Assembly (NCBI GenBank): GCA_965637545.1
Contig: OZ281495.1
Span: 22,196,001-22,260,000, forward strand
Direction of reading: 5' to 3'
From: Phallusia mammillata
Taxonomy: Eukaryota
DNA: 64,000 bases
The notes under the pieces are model-generated. The model was not told where the DNA came from, did not search any database, and saw only the letters and a program-made list of their open reading frames with translations. Numbering within the stretch: the first letter of the stretch is position 1; every line of letters begins with the position of its first letter. Both the position numbers and the translations under genes were made by a program. Shown in pieces: positions 1-21,617 of the stretch.

Positions 1-1534
1 CTGCCCAGCACAGTATTGATTTTGGTTTGTTTTGTAGAGCACATGGGTTTGTAGTTTGCGACAAAGATTTAAAGACATAAGAAGGCCGCTTCATTCAGAT
101 GTGCAAATTGCTGCCATGAAAATAAAGTATGGCGGTCGAGAAAGGCAGGGTTCTTCAAAGAGGTTGTTTGAAGATGTGAGTATATAGATATGTTTATTAA
201 GAGTATTCTAGGTTTAGCCAGTTAGATAGGTTCAGTTTCAGTTAATCACCAAAACTAAGGTTGTGTTCCAAATTGTGTGTTTGCATACTTTAAGAGTTTT
301 GAAGATGAGGAATCCGTTGCACTGCATTCTAAAATAGCACGATTGGAGCTGGCCAAACCACATCCAAATCATGATTTAATAGAAGACCGCCATAAGCGTA
401 CATTCAAGTTTCGGAGAAATATCATTGCAAAAGGTGCAGCAAGTAATGACATTTTAGACCAGTTTCCAACACTTCGTGAAATCAATTTGGTAGGTGGATT
501 TGTTTACATTATATTTAATGTAACCATTTTTGCTTAAATTGGAATGTCCAGTGATTTGTCTGTTTCAGATATTTTTGGAAACAAAATTGATTCTTAAAGT
601 AGATGTATTGCAAACATTCATGGAAAAATTCGGTGACCAAAAAATGCTGCAGAGACTGGAGAATCTTATTAAACCTAATCATAATCACCAAGTACATTTC
701 ACAGGTATCTATTAATTTAAATTTCATGTTTTAAGATGTGTGTACTGTTTAAGCCAATGGGTGATGTACTAAGTATTATTTTGCTTTTTAGGAAGGATGG
801 AAAAAGTTCTATTGCTTTAGCCAACTATCTTAAAAGAAAACAGTGCATTTTATTTCACAACAATCGAGGTAGTTACATTTATTTATTTTTGTTCAATGAG
901 ACAGTAAAAAATGTTTAAAACGGTATTGTTAAATTATAATTGACTCTGAAATGATGCTAGTTTGCACAAATGCCGTGGGTTATAACTTGTTTTATGATAT
1001 ACAGGAGGATGAAAACATGTTTCCACATGTGTTTTTCGACAAACAAGAATACTCGGTGTTTGTTGATGGAAAGAAGTTATGTGTTGCACCTAATTTGCCA
1101 CAAGCCATAGTTGCAATGATCTGCAGCTATTGGGTGTTCGACATTTGCTTTCCGAAACAATTGGTCAAGTCTCTACAACTTTTCTGTTGTATTCTAAATT
1201 TACCACTGAAAAATCGTCACATTGGTGTACAGCGTGTTTTAAACAAGCTGTAAGCGTGCAAATTAAATTTTGTGAAACCTGTTTTGCAAATAAATTTTGT
1301 GAAACCCTGTTGTACTGGAACACCTTCGAAGGTGGAGACACCGACACCCTATGGTGGTGCAGACAGCTGAGTGGTGGTTGCCACCAAGGGGGGCAAATTC
1401 ACACCTACTATGGTGGAATTCACAGGTGGAACTTACCACCTTCGTTATCTAAAGGTGGGAAGCAACTCCACCCCAGGTTGGAGTTAGTGGACCACCAATT
1501 TTGGTGTTAGTTTCCACGACTACCATTTACAGTG
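1..1534. mobile_element. Right-hand part of a putative CACTA/EnSpm-type DNA transposon inserted in an intron of ABCC4-like copy A
   Basis: Ends ...CCATTTACAGTG (1523-1534; reverse complement CACTGTAAATGG) followed by TA. A GC-rich subterminal stretch (~1320-1520) is full of GGTGG/CCACC motifs. ABCC4 intron and acceptor sequence resumes immediately after. The left end lies outside the window, so TIR pairing and TSD cannot be confirmed. Confidence 0.5.
96..1253 (+). CDS. 3' part of a spliced, probably transposon-borne gene; last exon resembles the C-terminus of the so-called SAMD3-like transposon-associated proteins
   Basis: Several coding-like segments bounded by GT/AG (approx. 96-176, 292-490, 570-704, 792-868, ~1006-1253). 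The terminal exon encodes FVDGKKLCVAPNLPQAIVAMICSYWVFDICFPKQL. I could not reconcile all exon phases, and the family resemblance is from memory. Confidence 0.4.
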
Positions 1535-1575
1535 TAGTTGGTATCTGTTTTTAGTTTTGAAATTAACTTTTACAG

Positions 1576-3784
<2,209 letters not shown>

Positions 3785-6038
3785 GTGCACGCGACTATAT
3801 AGTCGTATGTTAAAAGTTTGCCATACTTAATCATTATGCCTATTCGTTTTATGTGCATGAAAACTGTTAGAACATTTTCTGGTTTGTGTGTGTTTGTAGT
3901 TAAATTTCGTTTCAAAGTAAGTATGAAATAGGTGTCTAATCTGTACAAAACATTTACAAGTGTAGTTGTAGTGTAGTTTTCACAAATGTACTAATCACAA
4001 TCCCATGAGCTGCTGCTGGAGGTTTTAAAGTAACTGTTTGGACGAACAACAACTGGTTTCTTAACTGTTTCAGGCATACAACGAAAAACGGATAATTGCG
4101 AGCCATAATTTCCGTTAAAGAGTGCAAAGTGTGTTTCATCTTCATTCTGCATGCTGCCGTGACCTTTGCTTCTTGTTTTAGACTCGATGCTTGTACTAGG
4201 AACATGTAGAAACAAACAAAGCACGTTCTAATCATGATGTTATGTTTTTTTATACCCATGTGAAACCAATTTCGTGAAGTTAGTAATTTTAATAAACATA
4301 AAACACACCTTTACTGAATTGATGATGTAAAAAGCACCAAGTTTTGTCAATTCCTAAAAGGGTTAAGGTGTGGCTGCGGGTGGTGAATTTTTGTGTGAAT
4401 AAGGTCGCCAAAAGTTATACGAATAAGGTATTTTCCTGTAGAAAAAAAGGAGGAAATTAGGTTGTGTTACGCGCAATTTTTGGTACCGCCACTATCATAA
4501 TGGTCATGAGACGCCGCCAAAGTGCGATCAAAAAGGTCATTGTTGCTGCAGCAGTTATTACGGTCTGGTCCCATGCAGTCGTTATCTGAGAGACCGTTTT
4601 TTAAAACCGATGACTAAAATATGCATTATAGCTGGATGCATTTACAGGGAACAAGCCTACCACTTACTTTCGAGTATTGCCAACTAGATCAGAGAACCGT
4701 TTTTCCCAAGCATATAACTTTACAATTCGCATCGCAACCAACAACTCGTTCATCGTTTGTATCCGTTTATTTGTTTGAAGCGCGGTTCGAAAACAATGCA
4801 AGCAGAAATTATTGAACAAGCAAAATGCAAATTCCAATTAGAAAATTTGATGATTGTAGGCATAAACCAGAAAGATGGTGTCAAAGTAAATGGTAGATAG
4901 CAGAGAGCTTTTATCATAATATACTTCACAAACAAGCGTTAAGAAAAAGGGATGAGACCAATATATTTACTTTATTTTACAACTATTAAGATTAGGTTAA
5001 GTCAAAACAAGACAACACTATCAGATTAGCTTGGTATCTCCACTTGTAGGTAACTCTTTCAATGCGATTCGCTTTAACCAGAATATTTACATATTTAGTA
5101 ACTGGACAATGTCATAGTACCTGATTTTACCAAAGCACGGTCCCACAAGTATTTGACTCAACAAAGAAAGAAAGATGATGCCAACGCTAACCAGTGCCGT
5201 TATTCCAAGCTCTTGCCACAGTTAATTCGTCACAACTGTCACCAGAATAGGACTTAACCAAATGTAATGAATAAAAGGGCTTAAAATAAGTTATAATACC
5301 AGAAAACATTCTGGTATTTTTATATGTACCGTATGTTTAAGCTTTACGTGTTAAAACAAAAACAAAAAACACGTTAATGGAACTTCTTGGTAACAAATAA
5401 AGCTTATAAAATATATTGAAATCTTAATTTCGAATAGAAGGATTATTCTAGTACTTATTAAAAATCAGGATAGCAACACGCTGGTGTTTTTAATTTAAAG
5501 GGAAATGATTAATACATTTCAATACGAGAAAGAAAACAACAATCCGAAAGCGCCGAAAAATATTTTTTTTAAAGTAGCACCTTTTATGTTTCTTTTCTAC
5601 TGTATCAAATCGTGAAACATGAGCCGTTGTGTTTGAAAGTGACAGCTGGTTGAGACGTAGGGTCTAAAATATTGACAATGTGTTTTTCCAGAATGCTTGG
5701 TTTTGCACGTCGAGCCTTATAAACAGGGTTGCCATACCGTTCTTATTTCTAAGATTTGTCCTTATTTTGAAAGGCTTTGTCTTAGAAAAGTTTATTGTCC
5801 TTATTTCTAAGAATTGTCCTTATTTTTGACCTGAGTCCTTCTTTTGTCTTATTTTCAACAATTACTGTTTAAATTCCTGCTACAAATGAAAGTAAACCTA
5901 GACCTGAGCTGTTGTGCGATGCACAAAGTATTTTCTACGAACAAGAAGTAACTGAAACTGATTGTTTCTGCCCAAATATTGCATATGATATGCCACGGAC
6001 TGAAAACTTTGACAAGTCTGAAGTCGTCCACCGTTTTA

Positions 6039-6085
6039 TTAGACATATATATTTCGCCTAAGTAATAGGCATCGTCAGTATCTAA
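6039..6085 (-). ncRNA. Minimal type I hammerhead ribozyme motif in the Penelope 3' terminal region
   Basis: Minus strand reads TTAGATA-CTGACGA-T-GCCTA(TTACT)TAGGC-GAA-ATATAT-A/TGTCTAA. This gives a 7-bp stem I (one G-U), a CUGANGA and GAAA core, a 5-bp stem II, a palindromic helix III and predicted cleavage after AUA. Confidence 0.8.
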
Positions 6086-6366
6086 AAACAAAACAGCGCT
6101 AAAAAATGGTATGCAAGTTTAACTATAAAGCACAAACAAACATATTAAAAACTGCTGACAGTAAGGTAGAACTGGGACCTGCAGATGGCGCGGCCAAACA
6201 CGCACTAGTAAAGATGGAAAGAAAAGGAAAAAAGGAAAAACGCTCAATCTGTGGCGCGGGGCAAAAGAAGGTAGATAAGAACGGCAGAAGCGTTGTAAAA
6301 ACCAATGGCGGAAACACTGATAAAAATGAACGGACAAAAGGCGCGTAGGAATAAACAAAAAAAATG

Positions 6367-8750
6367 TTATTTAATGTAGGGTAAAAACATTTTTGTAAGT
6401 TTATTTCAGCTCCAATCTTGCTGGCCCACTTACTTTCATAGATGTCCAGTAGATGGATAGGTGGCTGCTCCAAAAACTGCACCCGAAAACACGTGCTGAT
6501 AGGGTCACGGGCATTGGCGCTATGCTCTGTGGCATAGTGCTGACAAAGGGCTGCCTTTTCGTTATAATCACCCGGTTTGAAAGAATTCCACATAGATCTG
6601 TGTCCCGTCCAACGTACTGAAAACTTATTTTTTGTTTGACCGACATACTGCTTTTGGCATATTGTGCAGGTGGCAGCATATATGCCATAGTTGCGGCATG
6701 TGAGTGTTTGCCGTAACTTTGTTACACCCTTTTTGCTTTCTATGTTAGTGGTATAGTCAACCATTCCTTTGTGATTTCCAAAGTGTCCACACAAAGCACA
6801 GTGTCCACAAGGTGCAGACGAGCCCCCAATATGGAACTGTTTTCCCCGACTTGCGCTAGCCGTCTGTAGCGGGTAAGGAGGTTTCCGAGTGTTGGTGGTC
6901 GTTTGTATGTTGTTGTGATATTTTTTACCAAACTTCGGTCTTTTGCGGAAGGTTGTAGTAGTGATGGAAAGCTCGTTGCCCAAACATTCAGAGCCTTTTG
7001 CGAGCTGTTGCCATTCGAGGGTGGAAATCTGTTTGTCCACATACTTGCTTTTTCAATGACGTCATTTGTCATTGACGTAGGGAAGCAGGATAGTTTGGCT
7101 TTGATACGCAGTTTGCCAAGGCTGGCTCTGAAATCATCGTCACGTTCGTTTAAGCGCCGTAGTCGTTTTGACTCTCCATGTATAATGGACTTAAAAACGG
7201 AAGGAGGGTGGTGGGACCATCCGTTTAAAAATCGTCGGCCGGTTGCGGTGTCTTTGACGTAGTCTGTTGTTTTAAATTTAAATTGATTCTGTCGGCTGAT
7301 GACGTGGTTTACATCCAGAAATGGAATATACCCCTCGGTTTGGGCGGTTGTTAGGTAGTTGTGGGTTATTTCCAAACCGTGAGTGGCAAACACGCTCTCG
7401 ATACCCCTAATGGTTGTTCTGAAGATATCGTAGCCAAAACAGAGATAAATCATATCGTCAATGAACCTCATGAACAGTTCTGTCTTTTGTATAAAGCACG
7501 CTGCCTGCACCATGATATAATGAACGCCAATGTTGGCGAGCGAGACAGAATGGTTGTCACCAGTTACGATGCCCTTTTTCTGAGTGTAAAAATTGTCCCC
7601 GTGTTTGAGGATGGCATTTTCCAAACATAAGAATGTTAGTTCGATGAGGTTTTCTATACTATGTTTGCTGAAGTTGCTCTCCGTTGCAAGCGCGTCTTTA
7701 AGCGCCGCACGCAGGTGCGACCGGTCCATGTTGTTGTAAAGTGATTTGACATCTGCTGTTACGATAAACAGAGGCGTATCCGCAAGTTCTTTTTCAATTG
7801 TTGATGTTCTCTTGTCCTTCCAATTTAAAAGTTCACGTAAATAATGAGAACTGTCCCGGCAGTACTCAGGAACAACGGCTTGGTTGTATGAGACACTTAT
7901 TGGCTTTAACAGATATTCTAAGAACGCTGTAATTCTGGACATGGGTGTGTGACTCAGCGATTGCAGCAACCGAACAGGTATTTCACTGACGTCCATCTCT
8001 ACCAGTTGCTTCAAACCCACCTTGTGCGTTTTGAACAAGGGATAGGCGTATGAAGGTGTACAACATCAAAAGTGCTTAGCCGAGGGGCCAGGAACATGTT
8101 GATAGCTATTTCCCTTGCATTTTATACCGAGTGTGTGCCATAGCATTATGTCGCTTAAAACGTTATCTCTGTGAAGGTTTATGATTTTTTCTTCACACTT
8201 CTTTTTGGCCCGAGAAAGGTTTCCTAAGTATACTTCAGAGGAATATTCCAGCTTGACGTGTGTTTCGAGCGATTTTTCCATAACCTGTTGGTAGTCTTCA
8301 TAGTCAATGATTATGATTTTGCCATCCTTGTCCGATTTGCAAATGACAATTGTGTGGCTTGATGTCAGGTGAATCAGCTTGCGTAGACTCCAGTTCATGC
8401 TGGTATTAAGGTTGCATCGTTGGTGATACCGTTGCATTACCTTTGTTCCTAATTGACGCAGCTTGGCGAAGGCAATATCACCGTAAACTTTAATGGCGTC
8501 ACCAAGAAGGTCTTTATGTGGTCTGGAGTATTTTTGCACTTTTAGTTTTTCGGGTATCGCTGGTTCTTGGTGATTTTCTTCGAACAGTGAACTCCACTCG
8601 AGCCTCCGAACATGTTGGTAGGCATTTAACCACTCGCGATTTTCAATTGTTTCCGTCCACCGTGGTGTAGGAGCGAAATTGAGACCGTAACTAAGCAACA
8701 GCTATGATATGCCACCATCGTATAAATGCAAAGATTTGTTCAAGAACGTT
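6367..8750 (-). pseudogene. Penelope-type reverse transcriptase + GIY-YIG endonuclease polyprotein, disrupted
   Basis: RT motifs: LSYGLNFAPTP, YPLFKTHK, TADVKSLY, QKKGIVTGDNHSVSLAN, RFIDD, FLDV. Cys-rich linker CGHCALC. Endonuclease motifs GIYAATCTICQKQYVGQT and RWTGHR. Lesions: in-frame TAG (~8705), in-frame TGA (8066-8068), and 1-nt shortfalls in a G run (~6825) and an A run (~6392). Correcting the last gives the end QKMFLPYIK*. Confidence 0.9.
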
Positions 8751-9536
8751 TGTTTATTTCGTATGAAAATTTAATTTTTCGGTTGTCCTTATTTTTGGTT
8801 TCAAGTCGATGGCAACCCTGCTTATAAATAAACATAGCAGGAAAACTTCCTGCCTAGTTTTTGAGTTCGTGTTTGGGAGTAAGTACGTACCATTTTGTAC
8901 ATCAGGGCGCATGTCGCTGCCCGAGATAGAAAAAAACAAGAAACGTAAAGGCGATTGCAATTGCAGCCATGCCTGCGGAATACCAGTAAGCATGAGTCAG
9001 CGGTATTTGACCAGAGAAGTATTGCAACAATCTACCGTTCAGGAATGGACTTCATACCATGAAAAAAATACACCATCATTTGAAGGCGCTCTGTAAAAAA
9101 AACTCAGTTTTGGTGTAACAGTTTTGCGAAAAGCCACCATTGCAGCCAGGATGCATTGATTGCAGCTCGGATTAAATCAGTTTTTTTGCCCAAGGACAAA
9201 CTCGCTTTTAGTTGCAAATTCCAACTTATAAAACAACATAATTATCATAGGCATAAGAAGTAACCATCGCACAAAGTTTTAAATATGCTGAAGAAAGTTA
9301 CTTTTTAAGGCGATCCCAAGGTAGCAGTAAAGAGTTCTCCGTATGCAAATGGTCAAAATCTCTCTCCTGAAGGTCACATTTGTTGCCCCGTGAAAACAGT
9401 TCGTTCATTCGCCTAAAAATATATAGTAAATTAGTAAAAAGTGCTGTTTGTTTATGGGTTAGTTTAGCTTATGTTTCGACAAAAATAACAATGCTCATTT
9501 TACAAATGCATTTAAACCATTTTTTGTCATGACTTA

Positions 9537-10034
9537 CAGTGGTCACCAAACTACGGTCCTCGAGGTCATTTTATCCGGCCCGCGACCACATGCTTTGGTT
9601 TGCCTAATCGTATTCATAACTTGGTAACATTAAAAAAATAATCTAATCTGTACGAAAGTTTTCCTTTCGCGATATGTAGAATTGATAATACCTAGTTTCG
9701 TGGGATTACAAAGCCCAGGATTAATCCAAAGCCAGTTTGTTACATCACAGACATGCAAGACTACAAGCGTTAATTGTGCGCAAACAATGGCCTTCTTTGG
9801 TTACTTGTGACGGAATATAACAGCATTGCTCGTAAGATTAGACAAATTATATAATTTAACAGTTGCACCACCAGACTTAAAATGGGATTATAGAAAGACC
9901 ATATCTTGACGCCCCAATAAAAATCGCCTCACGGGCTAAGTTCGAAAAGACGGCGCTAGGGCATCTATATGCGGTTTGCGCGAATCATTATTAGACTTAT
10001 CCAGCCCGCAGTGAAAAAAGTTTGGTGACCCCTG
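9537..10034. mobile_element. hAT MITE (CAGGGGTCACCAAAC family)
   Basis: TIR CAGTGGTCACCAAAC / GTTTGGTGACCCCTG; interior homologous to 34101-34614. TSD only partly preserved (right ACTTACTA, left ends in ACTTA). Confidence 0.8.
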
Positions 10035-10580
10035 ACTTACTAGAATGCAATCTTGTGAAGGATGTTTGATGTTTGTGACGTCATGCTGCTCTGTCTCATG
10101 CACATTTAACAACCAATCAGCCTTCTTTGCAATCACATAAACTTCACAAGGATTAAACTTTTCATGTTGGCCGACAGCCAGGTAACATGACACCCTCACT
10201 AATGTCTATCGTCACGTGCTTTCACAGTATCTATTTCAAAAGTGTTAGCACGCCTTCTTGCCTTTTTCTCTCCTTAACTGGATTCTGTCGTGTTTTCACA
10301 GTTTTTCACAGGTCACTTTTGCTGCAATTGTTCCAGCCTCAATTTCTTTAGAGCATGTGTCGCACAAAACAACCTTTCCTGTATCTAGTTTTAGAGATTT
10401 GTTAGGCAACAGTTCGAACATTTTAAATTGGATTGGATCCAATTTCAACCCAATTTCTGTTTTTCCTGCATCACACTTGATCAAGCCACAGCAGTCTGAC
10501 CTTTGAGTTTGTACTGACTTTGGCGTTTTCCCCTCAGGTCTGCGAATGGTGCAAAAATCTTGTTATTGTTATCTTACGGT

Positions 10581-10931
10581 AGGGGTCACCAAACTACAGT
10601 CCGCGGGCCAGTCTTGGCCCTCGAGGTCATTTCATCCGGCCCGTGACCACATTTTTTGGTTTTCCAAATCATATTGATAACTTTGTGAAAATAAATCTAC
10701 TCGATACGAAAGCCTTCCTGGCACGATATGTAGAATTAATTTACCTAGTTTCATGGAATTACAATGCCCAGAACTGATCCAAAGCCAGTTTGTTACGTCA
10801 CAGGCAAGACTGCAATTGGCAATTGTGCACAAACAATTGCCTTCTTTTGTTACATGTGACCGTTTATACAAGCACTGCTCGTACAATTTGACAGTCGCAT
10901 CACCGTATTAAAAATGGGATTGTAGAAAGAC
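10581..10931. mobile_element. Truncated copy of the same CAGGGGTCACCAAAC-family MITE
   Basis: Left TIR TAGGGGTCACCAAAC and interior homology to 9537-10034 and 34101-34614; no right TIR. Confidence 0.7.
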
Positions 10932-12549
10932 CTTAATCATGTGCTGGTGCAAGCAAATTTATGGGCCCTTAGTCGATACGAGCCAGAAGCAAATTGGTTG
11001 ACAAATGGTACGGTATTGTAGCCTACGTTACGGTGTTGTACGTTACGATATTGTACGTTACTGTGTTACGCTCCATCACCAGAGCGGAAAACTGTTTATC
11101 GCGTAGATTTATCGCAGTGCCATTTTTCTAACAGGAGTAAAAACAGTTTAAGACTTCACTGCTTTATATTTTGTGATTGCGTAGCGTAGGTGATTGATAT
11201 GTAAAAGCGGTCTTCCATGCGCTACGGTGAATAGGTGAATAATTAAGTCAACTTTGCTTGAAAGTTGCGGAAGGGGTGAGAATCATTCGTTTATTGTCAG
11301 GGCAGTTTTGATAATTATGAGCCCCTTAATTAGACCACATGGGCCATGGAGCGGCGCACCGGCTTCACCCTCCTCTCGTGGGAACATAGTTGGACAAGGT
11401 GGTTAAACCAGTACTTTCACCTTTTGTGGGTTGTAAGTTAGATATACAAAAATGATTTAGCTGCTGACAATAATCGTTGACTTGGCCAATCTTTGCCCAT
11501 TTTAGTTTCTCAAAAAAAATTCTCATATAGGTTCTTTTTTTCTCAGATACGCACGACCACCATAATGAGCCTTAGTTTTCGGCAGTTTTCGAAAAAAATC
11601 TTGTGCCTTTTTGCAATGTGAGGTTAAGTGTTCCAATTGATGCGTGTTTCTGTGTTTAAGTTGATACTTATGGGGTTTCAAGCAATTGCAAGGCTTCGAA
11701 AGAAATAAACAAATTTTTGACCCGGTAAAGTAAAAACTTTAGCAAGTGTTCGTTGCCAAATCGTTGATTTAGAAATCAATATCAAGTTAAGAACCGGTTT
11801 CAATCCAACTACGGCAAACGTAGAGAATAAGCTAAAATGATAAACGTATGTATGCCCGGAAAACGAGTTAGGTCATAACAAAACAAAGTGAAGACATGTG
11901 TTCAAAACTCTCACATTTTATATTCGAATTGTAATAACATGACTAAGGTTTACTTAGAGGTATGAACATAGTCATAGCTTTCCTTTACATACGGTTTTAT
12001 GTGCGTTAGTCAAAGCCTTATATGTCATGATAAAACGGAAGTTATTACCATACTGACAAACACTGTCATGGGCGCCGGCAAAAAAGTTGAAAAAGTTCGC
12101 AAAATTTCGACTTTTTATGTATTATTACATGGATTGATTACAATATTAAGTTATTATAATAAAGACATAAATGTACAAAAACCTAAATTATGTACAGTAG
12201 TGATGGATCGCCTAAAACATAAAACATTCTACACTGGAATAAAATCCTTGGTTTGAAAAGCAACAAAACGACAAGACGTATGGAAACAATTAACCCCTGA
12301 AACTTAAAAAAGGCAAACATGTTTTTGACAGAATATGTTAAAATCGAAGTAAATTGAAATTTCAAGGGTGGCCAAGTGCCCACTCTTGTCCCTACCTGCG
12401 GGCGCGTATGCATACTCGTTGAATGAAAATATTTGTCAATTTCGCAATTATTTACACTGTACGTTTGCAATTGGTATGTAATTGTTTTTCATTGATGTAA
12501 TAAGGCAGAGATGAAGTAGAAAATTGGGTTGATTCTGATCAGTTTCGAC

Positions 12550-20884
<8,335 letters not shown>

Positions 20885-21080
20885 AACAGAGTTCCAACAT
20901 TTCACATTTTGTTTTTATTTCTTAAACCAGTGCTCCAATGTTATGAGCACTTCCACCCGTCTATTTTTCGCAGTAGTATTGATGTGAATAAACACTAGAT
21001 TTTTTTTACTTTCATTTTTGATTCCAAAGGTAATTGCGGTATAGAAGTATATTGATGTGGACAATGCAAGTCGCCTAGAC

Positions 21081-21617
21081 CAGGGCTTCTCAAACTGTGG
21101 GTCGCGACCCCAATTGGGTATACCTTCGTACATTTATTGTTTACTACATCAGGGATGCACAACCTTGCTGCGGCCGTACAGAGACTAGTCAAACTGCTCT
21201 AAACACATTTTGTTGATCTTAAACGAGTATTACCAGCCAAGTAGCCATATGTACCAGACTTTTTTATGTCTATTGTGTGCAAACAATGCGAAAAAGCAGA
21301 TACCACAAGCGTCACAATATAGATTATGACGTCATAAAAGCTAAGACTGTCAATTTGTGTGTCAAGTTAGAAATTAATTTAGGCTTTTTAGGCGCCATTA
21401 GATAGTATATGTATATATATAATGTAAGTATTTCTTTACATCAGTAATTTTAAAACACAAGCAAGTAGGCTATAAGCGGCCGCTGGTGAAATAAAGATCT
21501 GTGATGCGGCGTCATAGCGAAAAGGTTGTGCACTCCTGGCCTAAACCCATCGAGGGGTCGCGTAGAAATTTTTGTTTTAAAATGGGGTCGCAGAGCACGA
21601 AAGTTTGAGTAGCCCTG
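21081..21617. mobile_element. hAT MITE with a nested second element (21150-21538)
   Basis: Outer TIR CAGGGCT(T/A)CTCAAACT and TSD GCCTAGAC. Inner TIR CAGG(GA/AG)TGCACAACCTT with no TSD seen. The paralogous empty site is visible downstream of copy C (~35385-35400). Confidence 0.85.

Larger units (their letters stand above)
5996..8760 (-). mobile_element. Penelope-like retroelement (GIY-YIG type), decayed, probably 5'-truncated
   Basis: RT plus GIY-YIG ORF, followed by a pyrimidine-rich 3' region and a hammerhead motif. The 3' boundary is inferred from the shared edge with the copy at 56869; the 5' boundary is approximate. Confidence 0.9.
5724..8820. mobile_element. hAT-family non-autonomous element (MITE) containing a nested Penelope-like retroelement
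   Basis: TIR CAGGGTTGCCA (5724-5734) / TGGCAACCCTG (8810-8820). Perfect 8-bp TSD CTTATAAA (5716-5723, 8821-8828). Repeated subterminal GTCCTTATTT-like motifs at both ends. Confidence 0.9.

Noticed and set aside
4340-4370. piggyBac-like end AAAGGG|TTAA
   Set aside because: No matching TTAA|CCCTTT partner found nearby.
5855-6348. Short ORFs flanking the Penelope 3' end
   Set aside because: They overlap the pyrimidine-rich 3' region and the ribozyme; low-complexity translations.
6815-6835. Programmed ribosomal frameshift between RT and GIY-YIG
   Set aside because: Penelope elements normally encode one ORF, and other clear lesions are present; simple decay or a homopolymer error is more parsimonious.
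12067-12410. Degenerate MITE (CATGGGCGCC ... GGCGCGTATG)
   Set aside because: Only ~11/14 TIR match and no TSD; too weak to list.
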